Assembly (NCBI GenBank): GCA_965235115.1
Contig: OZ249436.1
Coordinates: forward strand, 44,828,001-44,892,000
Source: Laetmonice hystrix
Taxonomy: Eukaryota
DNA: 64,000 bases
Direction: 5' to 3'
Made by a program: the position numbers and the translations under genes. This document shows positions 1-14,289 of the stretch, in pieces. Position 1 is the first letter of the stretch. Each line of letters starts with the position of its first letter. The notes beneath the pieces were generated by a model. The model did not search any database. It worked only from the letters and a program-made list of their open reading frames with translations, and had not been told where the DNA came from.

Positions 1-3000
1 AACGATCTCTTGACCCATAGATTACCATTAGACTCAGCCATCTCTCCGCTCTATCTGTAACGATCTCTTGACCCATAGATTACCATTAGACTCAGCCATC
101 TCTCCGCTCTATCTGTAACGATCTCTTGACCCATAGATTACCATTAGACTCAGTCATCTCTCCGCTCTATCTGTAACGATCTCTTGACCCATAGATTACC
201 ATTAGACTCAGTCATCTCTCCGCTCTATCTGTAACGATCTCTTGACCCATAGATTACCATTAGACTCAGTCATCTCTCAGCTCTATCTGTAACGATCTCT
301 TGACCCATAGATTACCATTAGACTCAGTCATCTCTCTGCTCTATCTGTAACGATCTCTTGACCCATAGATTACCATTAGACTCAGCCATCTCTCCGCTCT
401 ATCTGTAACGATCTCTTGACCCATAGATTACCATTAGACTCAGTCATCTCTCCGCTCTATCTGTAACGATCTCTTGACCCATAGATTACCATTAGACTCA
501 GTCATCTCTCCGCTCTATCTGTAACGATCTCTTGACCCATAGATTACCATTAGACTCAGTCATCTCTCCGCTCTATCTGTAACGATCTCTTGACCCATAG
601 ATTACCATTAGACTCAGTCATCTCTCTGCTCTATCTGTAACGATCTCTTGACCCATAGATTACCATTAGACTCAGCCATCTCTCCGCTCTATCTGTAACG
701 ATCTCTTGACCCATAAATTACCATTAGACTCAGTCATCTCTCCGCTCTATCTGTAACGATCTCTTGACCCATAGATTACCATTAGACTCAGTCATCTCTC
801 AGCTCTATGTGTAACGATCTCTTGACCCATAGATTACCATTAGACTCAGCCATCTCTCCGCTCTATCTGTAACGATCTCTTGACCCATAGATTACCATTA
901 GACTCAGTCATCTCTCCGCTCTATCTGTAACGATCTCTTGACCCATAGATTACCATTAGACTCAGTCATCTCTCTGCTCTATCTGTAACGATCTCTTGAC
1001 CCATAGATTACCATTAGACTCAGTCATCTCTCCGCTCTATCTGTAACGATCTCTTGACCCATAGATTACCATTAGACTCAGCCATCTCTCCGCTCTATCT
1101 GTAACGATCTCTTGACCCATAGATTACCATTAGACTCAGTCATCTCTCCGCTCTATCTGTAACGATCTCTTGACCCATAGATTACCATTAGACTCAGTCA
1201 TCTCTCCGCTCTATCTGTAACGATCTCTTGACCCATAGATTACCATTAGACTCAGCCATCTCTCCGCTCTATCTGTAACGATCTCTTGACCCATAGATTA
1301 CCATCAGACTCAGTCATCTCTCCGATCTATCTGTAACGATCTCTTGACCCATAGATTACCATTAGACTCAGTCATCTCTCAGCTCTATCTGTAACGATCT
1401 CTTGACCCATAGATTACCATTAGACTCAGTCATCTCTCTGCTCTATCTGTAACGATCTCTTGACCCATAGATTACCATTAGACTCAGTCATCTCTCTGCT
1501 CTATCTGTAACGATCTCTTGACCCATAGATTACCATTAGACTCAGCCATCTCTCCGCTCTATCTGTAACGATCTCTTGACCCATAGATTACCATTAGACT
1601 CAGTCATCTCTCCGCTCTATCTGTAACGATCTCTTGACCCATAGATTACCATTAGACTCAGTCATCTCTCAGCTCTATCTGTAACGATCTCTTGACCCAT
1701 AGATTACCATTAGACTCAGTCATCTCTCCGCTCTATCTGTAACGATCTCTTGACCCATAGATTACCATTAGACTCAGTCATCTCTCAGCTCTATCTGTAA
1801 CGATATCTTGACCCATAGATTACCATTAGACTCAGTCATCTCTCAGCTCTATCTGTAACGATCTCTTGACCCATAGATTACCACTAGACTCAGTCATCTC
1901 TCCGCTCTATCTGTAACGATCTCTTGACCCATAGATTACCATTAGACTCAGTCATCTCTCAGCTCTATATGTAACGATCTCTTGACCCATAGATTACCAT
2001 TAGACTCAGTCATCTCTCCGCTCTATCTGTAACGATCTCTTGACCCATAGATTACCATTAGACTCAGCCATCTCTCAGCTCTATCTGTAACGATCTCTTG
2101 ACCCATAGATTACCATTAGACTCAGCCATCTCTCAGCTCTATCTGTAACGATCTCTTGACCCATAGATTACCATTAGACTCAGTCATCTCTCAGCTCTAT
2201 CTGTAACGATATCTTGACCCATAGATTACCATTAGACTCAGCCATCTCTCCGCTCTATCTGTAACGATCTCTTGACCCATAGATTACCATTAGACTCAGT
2301 CATCTCTCCGCTCTATCTGTAACGATCTCTTGACCCATAGATTACCATTAGACTCAGCCATCTCTCAGCTCTATCTGTAACGATATCTTGACCCATAGAT
2401 TACCATTAGACTCAGTCATCTCTCAGCTCTATCTGTAACGATCTCTTGACCCATAGATTACCATTAGACTCAGTCATCTCTCAGCTCTATCTGTAACGAT
2501 CTCTTGACCCATAGATTACCATTAGACTCAGTCATCTCTCAGCTCTATCTGTAACGATCTCTTGACCCATAGATTACAATTAGACTCAGTCATCTCTCAG
2601 CTCTATCTGTAACGATCTCTTGACCCATAGATTACGGATTAGACTCAGTCATCTCTCAGCTCTATCTGTAACGATCTCTTGACCCATAGATTACCATTAG
2701 ACTCAGTCATCTCTCAGCTCTATCTGTAACGATATCTTGACCCATAGATTACCATTAGACTCAGCCATCTCTCAGCTCTATCTGTAACGATCTCTTGACC
2801 CATAGATTACCATTAGACTCAGTCATCTCTCAGCTCTATCTGTAACGATCTCTTGACCCATAGATTACCATTAGACTCAGTCATCTCTCCGCTCTATCTG
2901 TAGCGATCTCTTGACCCATAGATTACCATTAGACTCAGTCATCTCTCAGCTCTATCTGTAACGATATCTTGACCCATAGATTACCATTACACTCAGCCAT

Positions 3001-3774
3001 CTCTCAGCTCTATCTGTAACGATCTCTTGACCCATAGATTACCATTAGACTCAGTCATCTCTCCGCTCTATCTGTAACGATCTCTTGACCCATAGATTAC
3101 CATTAGACTCAGTCATCTCTCCGCTCTATCTGTAACGATCTCTCGACCCATAGATTACCATTAGACTCAGTCATCTCTCCGCTCTATCTGTAACGATCTC
3201 TTGACCCATAGATTACCATTAGACTCAGTCATCTCTCAGCTCTATCTGTAACGATCTCTTGACCCATAGATTACCATTAGACTCAGCCATCTCTCCGCTC
3301 TATCTGTAACGATCTCTTGACCCATAGATTACCATTAGACTCAGCCATCTCTCCGCTCTATCTGTAACGATCTCTTGACCCATAGATTACCATTAGACTC
3401 AGCCATCTCTCCGCTCTATTTGTAACGATCTCTTGACCCATAGATTACCATTAGACTCAGTCATCTCTCCGCTCTATCTGTAACGATCTCTTGACCCATA
3501 GATTACCATTAGACTCAGCCATCTCTCCGCTCTATCTGTAACGATCTCTTGACCCATAGATTACCATTAGACTCAGTCATCTCTCAGCTCTATCTGTAAC
3601 GATCCCTTGACCCGTAGATTACCATTAGACTCAGTCATCTCTCAGCTCTATCTGTAACGATCCCTTGACCCGTAGATTACCATTAGACTCAGTCATCTCT
3701 CAGCTCTATCTGTAACGATCCCTTGACCCGTAGATTACCATTAGACTCAGTCATCTCTCCGCTCTATCTGTAAC
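1..3774. repeat. 58-bp tandem satellite, ~65 copies (continues beyond the window start)
   Basis: Unit AACGATCTCTTGACCCATAGATTACCATTAGACTCAG(C/T)CATCTCTC(C/A/T)GCTCTATCTGT repeated head-to-tail with no spacers. Confidence 0.98.
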
Positions 3775-6491
3775 TAGAAACTTTAGTGACCTATGATTAG
3801 GTCTACACCTGGAGGGGATAGGAGAGCTTCTATTGACATCATCGACTGATGAAAGGGCTGTGACCACTCAAACATGGAGGCACCAAACACATTGACACCA
3901 AAAAACCTCCCTCATTGTAATGATTGGTCCCAGAAATCGTCGAGACCTCCAACTTACAAAGACCATGAAGTATTCATTGGCGGTCACGAAACAGCCGCAA
4001 GTCTGGATAATTCACGACTCCCTCGTTTGCTTCTTCTTAACTCCGTTTGCGTCCAGGCAGGAAGTTAGCGGATGTAATTAACTGCGGTTGACAGGATGGC
4101 CGGTGGCGACTGGAGCATCACTACAAACTCAAACGGCAGTAAGATGGAGGAGAGTTTGTTTGGTTGGTAGGAGATGATCAAACGTAGGGATGGGATTGTC
4201 ACGGAGTATTTGTCCTTGCCACCCTGTGTCTGTCTCTAGTGCGCATGTGTATCCAAACGGGAATGGATTGTCGAAGCAGACGACCATATAGTTACCAGGC
4301 CCGTGTTTCCCTGTCCGTGGCGACCCGTCTGAAATGTGCCACTGTCTACACAGGCCCCCATTATACACTAGATAAACGTGTACCTGCTAACTGCATAATA
4401 GACAGTGGCGCATTTCGATTACTACAGGGCAAGTCTCGCTTAGCTTTCACAGACCTTAAAAAGCGACGAGGAATGACCCTATATGGGGGTCTGGGGCTTG
4501 GCCCCAGAATTTTTGTTAAATTCTTGATGTCAAATCGTGCATTCTGAGGGTGCCTAAGGGTGAAATTTGACACTTTTAACACAGGAAAAAAATAGTCATT
4601 TAATTAAATGTTGCTACTTTTAACAGTCTGCCTCAATGCTAGTTACGGCCTTGTTTCCTGTAATGACGTTTGAACTGAGTGTCAAAATTCTACATCCGGT
4701 ACCCGACACTCTTTTTGTTATTGTTGACATGATTCCTTTAATTGTAAAAGTATGACATGTTCTGTTATTATATATAATATATTCGATTAATCGCAGTACT
4801 TTTGGTATGATCGTATTTAAGGCAATCCCTACGAGCCTCACCTCAGAGATAGCGTTCGGTCCGAACGGTAACGGGATGGCCAATTGTAACTCCATTTCTC
4901 TACCCTTTCACTGGTCATTCAAACCTGCAATTTTAAAGAGGCAGGTAAAATTCCTCACTAACGTACCTTTGAACACCAGCAACACCATGTGAAGTGTCTA
5001 AAGTCGCACCGATAAGTGGAACACTGTCTAAGGCGACTTTTAAAAATACCGTATGGGTCATTCGCTATTTTTACACGCGTTACGCCGCCACTGTCTTCAT
5101 GGGACTCTCACTCACTCACTACGACTGCACTACTGACTGTGTACTCTTACCGGTCACAGCAGACACCTTTTTCTCTCTCTTCACACCCTTATTAGGGCAT
5201 GTTAACAAATACAGAGTTTGTGTGCGGCTATCGTTTGCAACCCTCTCTGAAATCGTCAATGAATCTGTCGCCATCATGGGCATGTTTCTAGTAAAAGTGG
5301 AATCGCAGTGGGACGTGAATAGCGGCACCCTGGCTGGGAATCTGCGTGGTTCGTTCCGCCTGGCGGCCACATAACAATTCGTGGACAAGTAGGACAGACA
5401 AGTAGACGAAGCCAGCGGGAGAATGTCTAGCTACATATCAGTCGACTATTCCTTTATTAAAGATCAGACCATCACAGGATTGTAGGTAGGAACAAGCTTG
5501 TTCATGCTGAACACGCTTATATTGATAGTTTGAACTTTTCTATGGCCTTTAACATGGTGTTACTGAGGGTAAAAGGTAACATTTTGAGGAACTTTATCTG
5601 ACCCTTTAAATGTCGCTCCACCAACTCCGTACAGTGAGAACCACCGCAATCGGGTCACAAACAAAACTAAGAAAATGTAGGGTTTTTTTCGTCTTCAGTA
5701 ATTACCTTCTGCATTTAATTGTTAGATAATTAATTAAATATTTTATGTCGGAGTGAATGTTTGAGTGTTTCACGCTCTAATAATACGTCCGAGGCGGGAA
5801 CCGATAGCTTATTAAGTGCATTAGTCTCTGATAACAGTTTCCTAATTAGTAAAGCATAAAGTAACACTTAGCGGCGCAAGTACTGTATTTCTCTATTGTG
5901 TATATTTCCTTGGCGACTTTGCGATATGTCTCAAACAAAAGCTGAGAAGAAAGCCTCATCGCTTGACGAAAGCCACCAGCGCTTGCTGTGCAGACGTGTT
6001 GCCGGCTGTTATAACACAGACAGCTGTATTCAGGATTGCCCCATTACCTGTGACACCAGCCATTGAATTCTCTTTTGTTTTTTTTTTCGCTGAGAAAACG
6101 TAGCGCTGAGGTTCCATTGACCTCTGTGGTATTATTGTGTGTGCTATCGTTGGGCGGGGACTGAGCTATCAGAACTTGCACGGCCAATATTCTGCACAAA
6201 CACTCAGTTATTTGTTCGGGCACCGTGGGCGGTTTTTTCTGCTTGCATTCAGTCATGTTGACATTGATCTTACCCACTATCTGACCAGAAGCACCTGGCC
6301 TGCCGCCATGTGTGTCCGATTGACGTGCGAGGACGCAAGACATGGACATTTTTTATGATTGACCCTGAGCTAAGTTGAGCTGAGCCTCTTTTTCATTTCT
6401 TGATTGAGCAGCTACTCACGTTGAGAAATTTTAACTCATTTGCTTAATGTGAGTACAAATAGCTGCAATAGCTCACGGTTAACGCACACGT

Positions 6492-6639
6492 GGAGAGAGA
6501 AAGAGTAAGGGAGAGAGAGGAAGAGAAGGAGAGAGTAAGAGAGAGAGGGAGGGAGAGGGAGGGAAGGAGGGAGGGAGGAAGGGAGAAAGAGAGAGGGAGA
6601 AAGAGAAAGAGTGAGGGAGAAAGAGAGAAAGAGACAAGG

Positions 6640-6691
<52 letters not shown>

Positions 6692-6712
6692 CAGAGACAG
6701 AGAGGCAGACAG
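6492..6712. repeat. Purine-rich (GA)n/(GAGACA)n microsatellite
   Basis: Direct reading; the overlapping ER-rich and SL-rich ORFs are translations of the microsatellite. Confidence 0.95.
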
Positions 6713-9040
6713 ACCATGACTTGTCCCACAGTGACAGCAGTCAAAAGGCCAATCACACTCATGAGGAAACGAGTCAAAAATAACGTCCTGTGACGTGTGC
6801 AGAACGCCTCCGCGTGCAAACATCATAGCATCAGTCTGATTTAGAATGTCACAGTTATCAAACTTTCTTTCTTGTGATAAAGATCGGGTCAATAAACTCT
6901 CGTGTTCAGCCGGGGAGCTCTCCACTCAGATAGTACTGAGCGTTTCCACCTCTGGTATACAGATTCTATAAATATCAAGTTCCCTAAGAAAGTGTTATAC
7001 CCAGCTTCATGTTGATGTGTTGATAACCACCTAACGCAATGATAATGCACGAGTGTTTCTTATTGACGTGCTGTGGGGACCTTTATGAACTCTTTCAGAT
7101 TGGGACATTAGTGACCATTGGCCATAACTATATTGAGGTAACAGGCCCGGAGTTGATTGACCACGCTCAGCATATCATGTTGCTCATGATATTGAAGCTG
7201 TACAATAATACAAAAGCGGCACTGTATTCTATTATTGCTAAAGTAGTAATAAATAGGCCTGTTTCCCCGTAGTAGTGATTTCCAACTGACTACGTAGTTC
7301 TATTTTTTCCATAGGTAGGTTTTCGTGCCTGAGATGTGGTAGTTTGTATGGCCTAGGGGAGAATACGCCCCGCTGGTCGATGTAATTGCATTGTGGTCAC
7401 CATTGGAGCTGTGCTGACAAGAGCCACTGCACTTGACCACAGCAACCCTATAATATTAGGTCCAATGAAGTTATCGTGACGAACATTGCGAGTTTTATGC
7501 CTTTAAATTGGAGCCGTGCGCATTTGGCTTCGTAAGCTTTAGAGTGAGGGCGCAAAACGTGCTCTTAGCCGATCACGAATAATGCGTGGTCTCAACAGAG
7601 AGCAAAAAAGGTTCTAACTGCCTGCAAGTGGTAGGGTCTGCGGAAGGTTACACTCTGGTAATATACTATCATATAATAACTGCTCCGGTAGGTGAAGCTA
7701 TATTGAATTAGTGTACTGGGGGGTCGAGGTGTCCCGGGAAACAATTACCCCATAAGGTGGATAGGCAAGTAATAATAGCCATGACGTCATACCCATTCGA
7801 CGTCTGTGTAACATTTGCAGATCTGTAAGCTCGTTGAGACCAGGCAAACTAAAGTAAACAGGATTATCATATGATATTATTATAAAATTCCAGTCATGTC
7901 ACGTGCAGTCTCATATAAATCAGTGTTATTATAGAACTACATGTACGGTATTACAAAAGGGCTACATGAATATTGTACACATTCCTCCTTCTCCACGAAG
8001 CATAGTATTTGACATGGCAGCAAGTACCTAAAACTGGCAGCTGTACTTTTGTGGTGGTCGTCCTGGCGCTATGTACGGAGGCCAGGTCCGCAGTTCACAA
8101 ATTCGGAAATCTCCCCCGGGGTAGCATCGATCTAAGTTCGGTTACGCTGGATGTAAGCTGTGTCTGACAGGTTACCAAAGATATGAGGCATGCAGCAAGG
8201 GAAGTGCTCTATGGGACAGAGGGTTTAAAGTTGGCTGAGAGTCCGGCCATCCTGTCTGAAATGGAAGAGTAGAACCGCCTTCTCTGAAAACTCACAAAAA
8301 ATCATTATATAAAATATATGGCCTAAAAAGATGAACATGCGACGGAGAGCCCGGGGTCGACAGGCCCCGAACCGTTAAGCTCTTGAGACGAAGAGCCGTT
8401 CCGTTCGTTCCATATTGAGGAATGTTTACGAACAATCCAGTGCTAACAGTAAAAACCGGTTTCCTCAGATTTGCCGCCATTGGCGCCAAGATGTGTGGGC
8501 GTCACTAAATGAGTGCTTAGGGTGAGGATTCTGATTTTTTATCACTCATGTCATGACGTTACGGCTAACTGACGACTTGAACAGTATATAAAAACTTCCC
8601 GTGTTGTTTCGTCACTGCCTGATTTTAGTGTCTCTTGCTTGGTAAATTGGCTACGTTCCTTTTAGTGAAGGACATAAGGTGCCCTTTAAATCGATATCAC
8701 ATATTGGCAAGTTTCTTTAACGAAACAATTTCGTCTACAAAAGTTCCGTGTAGGAATGGGATTGCCTGATAGGAATCTTTAGTTTCTCGTCCCGAACATC
8801 GAGTGTGGCAGGCCAAGAGAACTCACGCAAGATTTGGAGCTTTGGGGCTCCGCCTCAGCAGTCAAGACTAATCTAAGAATGGAATACATGCAAGAGTTCA
8901 GGCTGAGGGATCTGTCCCAGTGATGATGCAGAAGTTTAGAATGAACTACGGACGGCGTGGTTACAACCCGGAAAATATTACAGTCGGCAAAGTGTTTCAA
9001 CGGTCAATTATTGGGAGAGCGTAACGTCTACGAGACGACC

Positions 9041-9211
9041 GGGCGACGACGGAACGAACTTTGTCAATACGTCACGTCATTATGTCCGCGTGAAGTCTAG
9101 GAGACAGGGCGACGACGGAACGAACTTTGTCATTACGTCACGTCATTATGCCCGCGTGAAGTCTAGGAGACAGGGCGACGACGGAACGAACTTTTTCATT
9201 ACGTCACGTCA
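9041..9211. repeat. 66-bp tandem repeat, ~2.6 copies
   Basis: GGGCGACGACGGAACGAACTT starts at 9041, 9107 and 9173. Confidence 0.9.
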
Positions 9212-10787
9212 ATCTGTCTTAGTTACTTACTCAGTAGGCCTACATGAATAGGTTCTGTCAAAAACTGATTAAAGTTTGGTTAAGGCGGACAGGTATTAAA
9301 ACCACCTGCCGGCTATGTCATTTAGATAATATTCAAACATGTAATGCCTTTATGTCTAACGCTTGTCTGAAAAGCAGATTTTAGTAGTGAAAGTTTTTGC
9401 TACACACAATCACATAATAAGTTTAATGTAACACTGTCATCAGTTTAATGTTGCTGATTCCTGTGACTTTCACATGATTGTCCATCGGCTAACTTCCCCC
9501 AATAACAAGTTACTGCTCAACCCGTGTGACTGAAGCGGCGGCCCCGTCTTACAAGCGAACACAAGTCGTTAGCCAGGTCACAACGACAAGCAGACAGCGC
9601 CATCCTTCCGTTAAATGTCGTGACGTCTTTCGAGTGGACGTCTTGTATCGCTAGGTGGCGCCACGACGGCTGACGTCCCGGGACCTGCAGGCATGACTTC
9701 ACCAACATGATTGACCCTGTGATTGCCATTGATCAGTGATCGAATGTGGAATGTCCGTCACGACGTATCAAGTCGGTCTCAATTTGCATGTGCATCGTGT
9801 CGGAAAGTTAGGAGAATTGAAATGCGCTCGTACGGCGGTCAGGCGGTAGGAAATAATTATTACTCGGAGGAACGATAAGATTACGGGATGATTCGGAATA
9901 ATGACCGGACTTCCATCTTGTCACCTCCCGTCTCCCCGCTCTTCGATAGCAATCTTAATGGCAGAATGTTCATACACATGTGTCTTCAATCTTGTATAAT
10001 ATGGATCCAATTATAAAAATAATTAGGGGGCGACTCTACGACCGCCAACCCCAGAACTTTGGCCGGTGTAGAGGGGAAGGTGTTGTTCGGAAGGGCAGCA
10101 GCTGGTTTGCGCCAAAGGGGGGAGGGGTTACCAAGGGTGCGTGTGTATGGTTTGAACATTTCAAGAAGAAAAAAAGAAAAATTACTTTGTAACGGGGGGG
10201 GGGGGGGGCAACCCCCATAACCCCCTCTGGATCCGCCACGGGTCCAGCTGAGGGGGTCACGAAAAAACTTTTTGTCATGAACTTTCTTCCTTCTTGTGTT
10301 TGTAGCTGCTCGGAATAAGACGGGCAGATTTCGAAATTATTGGGAGCGGGAGAAATCTCCCTAAATCTCAAATGTCATTGATTTTCTCTAATGCTGGCCC
10401 AGCTTTGATACTGTGTGGGCCGGCAGAAATTGTTGCTAAACTTATGTACAATACTGCACGTACATGCACGTGTATAGTGCCAGGATTGCTATGGACCGTC
10501 TTGCAGCAACCCTGGCACTTCCAGCGACTGACAACCCTTCTCACATGCATCACTAATTGCACTCAGACGGAGAGGTGAAAAGTCGCCGTGTGGTCGCCAG
10601 ACTGAAGCTGACACTGCTGAAGCCGCTGAGACCATCGGTACAGCCCCGTCTCTCATTGACAGTCTGGACTATGGTAAGTTAAACCGTTCGAAGTGTGTTC
10701 ACATACAGGTCACGACCAATATTACCCCGAGGAACTGCTCACTGATTGCCCCACCCTAATGACAACCACTGCACAGGAGATGGAGGA

Positions 10788-11124
10788 GTCGGGTAATTAC
10801 AGAGACCATACCCGTTTGTGAAACACAGTGTTGGGTAATTACAGAGACTATACCCGTTTTTTGAAACACAGTGTCGGGTAATTACAGAGACTATACCCGT
10901 TTTTTGAAACACAGTGTCGGGTAATTACAGAGACTATACCCGTTTTTCGAAACACAGTGTCGGGTAATTACAGAGACTATACCCGTTTGTGAAACACAGT
11001 GTCGGGTAATTACAGAGACCATACCCGTTTGTGAAACACTGTCGGGTAATTATAGAGACTATACCCGTTTGTGAAACACAGTGTTGGGTAATTACAGAGA
11101 CTATACCCGTTTGTGAAACACAGT
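10788..11124. repeat. ~40-42-bp minisatellite, ~8 copies
   Basis: Unit GTGTCGGGTAATTACAGAGACTATACCCGTTTGTGAAACACA; contains an internal CGGGTA...TACCCG inverted pair. Confidence 0.92.
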
Positions 11125-11410
11125 TAAGACATCATAACACGTATCTGTAATTGGTCCAGTACATTCAGGACAAGGATTGGGCGGCCAAACGTCCAATTCT
11201 GAAAATCTACGTGTATGGTTGGTCATATCTACATCCATAAAAATGCCAGTATGCACGAATATTGCATGGTTATGACGTCCACTTTTTGTCAACTACAGAC
11301 AAAGATAATAACCGCATAATATCCATGCCCATGCGTGGGTTATAATCTCCCTTCAGACATGAAACACTGAATCTTGGTGTTGTCTATTCTGGTGATATGA
11401 ATTAAAACTA

Positions 11411-11631
11411 TGGCTTCATTAGCCGGGCAGCTCTAGCTATGAAAACTGGCTTCATTAGCCGGGCAGCTCTAGCTATGAAAACTGTGGCTTCATTAGCCGG
11501 GCAGCTCTAGCTATGAAAACTGTGGCTTCATTAGCCGGGCAGCTCTAGCTATGAAAACTGTGGCTTCATTAGCCGGGCAGCTCTAGCTATGAAAACTGGC
11601 TTCATTAGCCGGGCAGCTCTAGCTATGAAAA
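11411..11631. repeat. ~36-38-bp minisatellite, ~6 copies
   Basis: Unit TGGCTTCATTAGCCGGGCAGCTCTAGCTATGAAAAC(TG). Confidence 0.92.
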
Positions 11632-12288
11632 ACCTCTCCGAGCAGAGATCAGCGGGTGAAGCTGAGGAACAATAACGAGAGAACAACGAATGAAGACACA
11701 AGACGAGCAGTTGGAGCAGGGAACCTTTAATAGACTGGTGGTGTTATTGTACGAAGTTAGAAGTACGGGTGTGTAGCACAGGTGGCGACCGTGAAATGGC
11801 TACCCGACTTACTCCTGATAATGGACGAGGTAAAGTCATTATCTTGCCACCACAAGAGAGGAGACCATACAACCGCGATAATTCCAGGATAGAGAGTGGG
11901 AAGTCGGAAGGAGAACCGTGAAAGCTACTGTTGCAGGGGTAGAGGAACGGGCTAAAAGGTTATTCCTTACAATAGAATCGCTGAGAGAACGTCAAGATAG
12001 TGAAGCCAGCTGTTGATCAAAACAAGCCTTATCCCCGGTGATCTCAGTGGCGTAAGTTCAGGGAGGACCGTCCATTAAAACGACCATATTTGATCATACA
12101 TACCCACTCTAGCAGGGGGCGACCTAGAAAGGCCTTGGTAACACAGCAAGCAGCTAAACCCACGGGGCCACCGAATTTTCCTAAGGAGGAAATCAGAAAA
12201 TAAAATCGTCTGTTTAATCGCTATAGGACCATACTTCCATATTGACGGCCCGATACCAGAATTTGTTGCAAAACCCCGACATAACTAA

Positions 12289-12499
12289 AGTGCTGAACCC
12301 ACCAAGGCGATTTCCCTTGCGACGCCCATGCGATTTTGATATCACCCTTTTATTTTACTGTAATTTTGAGATTAAAGGATGGAACCCATTTCCTGAAACG
12401 GAGAAGGCCAGCCAGGAAAAATTTCAGAGTGAGATTCCACCAGTAAATCAAAAACCGCATGGCCGTCGCAAGGGGAATCGCCTTGGTGGGTTCAGCACT
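12289..12499 (+). mobile_element. 211-bp MITE, shared-core family copy 1 (termini type A)
   Basis: TIR AGTGCTGAACCCACCAAGGCG / CGCCTTGGTGGGTTCAGCACT, flanks TAA and TTA; core near-identical to copies at 14871, 55379 and 55886. Confidence 0.85.
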
Positions 12500-13109
12500 T
12501 TATACAGCTATGCTACAATATCCAGGTACATGTATTCAGGTTATCAAACCTTCTCTGCTATATCTGGGAAAGTTGGTTAAAAACTGGCGCCGGAAGATAT
12601 TCAGAGTGGATGGGGCAAGCCCACATCAGACAGGACCGCTCGGGGATCGATGGAGAGGACCGAAAGATAGTAACTTTTGCAGGCACAGTAAGAAACCTAA
12701 TGCCATCAACTTGCACACTTTCAAATTGTATCTGATCACTTTACAAAGGCCATTACTTGATCCCCTTGACTTTTTAATCTGCCATGACGGAAACCGACGG
12801 AAATGGCCAACGAGCTCTCAATGCTGTATGAGCTTGCTGGTCGGTTGAGCGTTCCCTGCAGGTTACCGAGACCATTGGTTTGACACAGACTGGTCAGTCC
12901 CCCGGGGGGGGGGGGGGGGGGTAGTTGAGACTGAGGCCGCGTGGTAAGGTAGGCTTACATGTCGAGGTGCATGGCATTCGATCGGCTCCCTTATACAACA
13001 GCTGACGCAGAAATACAAGTGTCCCGATACAAACTCTCATATTACGTGAACGTGGTTAGCAGTGCCTATAGGTTGTGCAAGTGGGTCAAGAGCAAACACC
13101 AGAGCCTGA

Positions 13110-13188
13110 AACAGCCGGCCTTGGTCCTAACGTGTCGTAATCTCGTCACTTTAGCACTGTGAATCCCACAGGAGCCGACAACTCTAAA
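13110..13188 (+). repeat. Dispersed repeat fragment (second copy at 58545-58624)
   Basis: AACAGCCGGC(C/T)TTGGTCCTAA...TAATCTCG(T/C)CACTTTAGCA...TCCCA is shared by both loci. Confidence 0.6.
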
Positions 13189-13699
13189 CTTGTTGAGACT
13201 GTTTTGCCTCTACGGCAGAAAATTCGAGGAGGATGGACCTGATGTTAATTGAAAAATTAGATTTGAGGGAGAAATTCGACTATTTACTGCTCATATATTT
13301 ATGCGCGATGCCGCTTCATAAGACTTCACAAGACAAATCCTGGGAAAATGGCGGCTTCATACATCCGAGGCCTGGTTCGCCTCCCAATGTGACCTAGAAA
13401 CAGCCAATCAGAAGCCTCGGTCGTTCCAAGTGCCTCCCTGCAATAAAGCAAATTTCTCGCAAATAATCACTACGCCGATGCTGTGCGCCTTATCCCGCCG
13501 CACAGCAAGCAAGAAATAGTTCCATACTATTTGGTAAGCTACGAGCATATCGGTGTTTTGTACCAATCGGCAAATGGCGTTAGATATTCGATTGGGACTA
13601 TACATTATGTGGGCTCTGCATGTTTTTCTACCTTAATGCCTTTTTTGTAATTTAGCCCTCGAGCAACTCCCTTCGACTTCCTGCCTACTGCTTTATCAA

Positions 13700-13916
13700 A
13701 GGCCGGCCGTGTCACGATACGTCTATGTGGAGGGGCACGTTAAAGATCCCTTGGCACCTATCGATAAGAGTAGGGGTGCCCCGATGCCAGGTTTCCTTCT
13801 ATCATCTCATTATCACCCAATGGATTTCACCGACTGAGTTAGTTACCTTGTTCTTGCCCTGAAATAGCTGAAATACTGCTGACTGGACGTTAAACACCAA
13901 CTACTCACTCACTCAC
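13700..13916 (+). mobile_element. 5'-truncated SINE (Meta-domain-like core, short tandem-repeat tail)
   Basis: Core GCACGTTAAAGATCCCTTGG...GATAAGAGTAGGG and 3' end GAAATAGCTGAAATACTGCTGACTGGACGTTAAACACCAAC followed by (CACT)n resemble mollusc SINEs I recognise; no tRNA head (A/B box) visible. Confidence 0.65.
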
Positions 13917-14289
13917 CCTTCGACTTCAGCCTCAGACCTTTTTAAGGATTATTTACATATATTATTATCTAGGTACATTATTATCAAGAGGAAACTTTGT
14001 GTTATCTGTAAATCGACCTACCCAGCCTTCCCACGTTGTGTGATAGGTAATTATACCCTTTTAACTATTTCACTGCGCGTGCCCTGAGAACAGGGGGCCA
14101 GCAGGCTGAAAATAGCGCGCCGGAAGCTATTCCGGGAGACATCAGCAGGATATGGGTCTAGAGTGCGGTGCTGTCCTTATCCCTAAAGTGTAGACGCCAC
14201 CTGTCTTGAACATTGGTTCTTATACTTCCATGTGAAACTATAAATAAGACCTTGGCATCCGTTTCGGCAGGCCGGACAGCTCTGGCGAT

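Noticed and set aside
1..3774. CRISPR-like array
   Set aside because: Units are contiguous with no unique spacers, no cas genes are present and the context is eukaryotic; it is a satellite. The same applies to the other tandem arrays.
3874..5388. Short ORFs after the satellite
   Set aside because: No recognisable domains or consistent splice structure.
6436..6925. ER-rich and SL-rich ORFs
   Set aside because: Translations of a GA microsatellite.
12242..12580. Recurring peptide PLRRPCDFDITLLFYCNFEIKGWNPF (also at 14800 and 55380) as a gene family
   Set aside because: It is the translation of the non-coding 211-bp MITE core; ORF starts and ends differ between copies.
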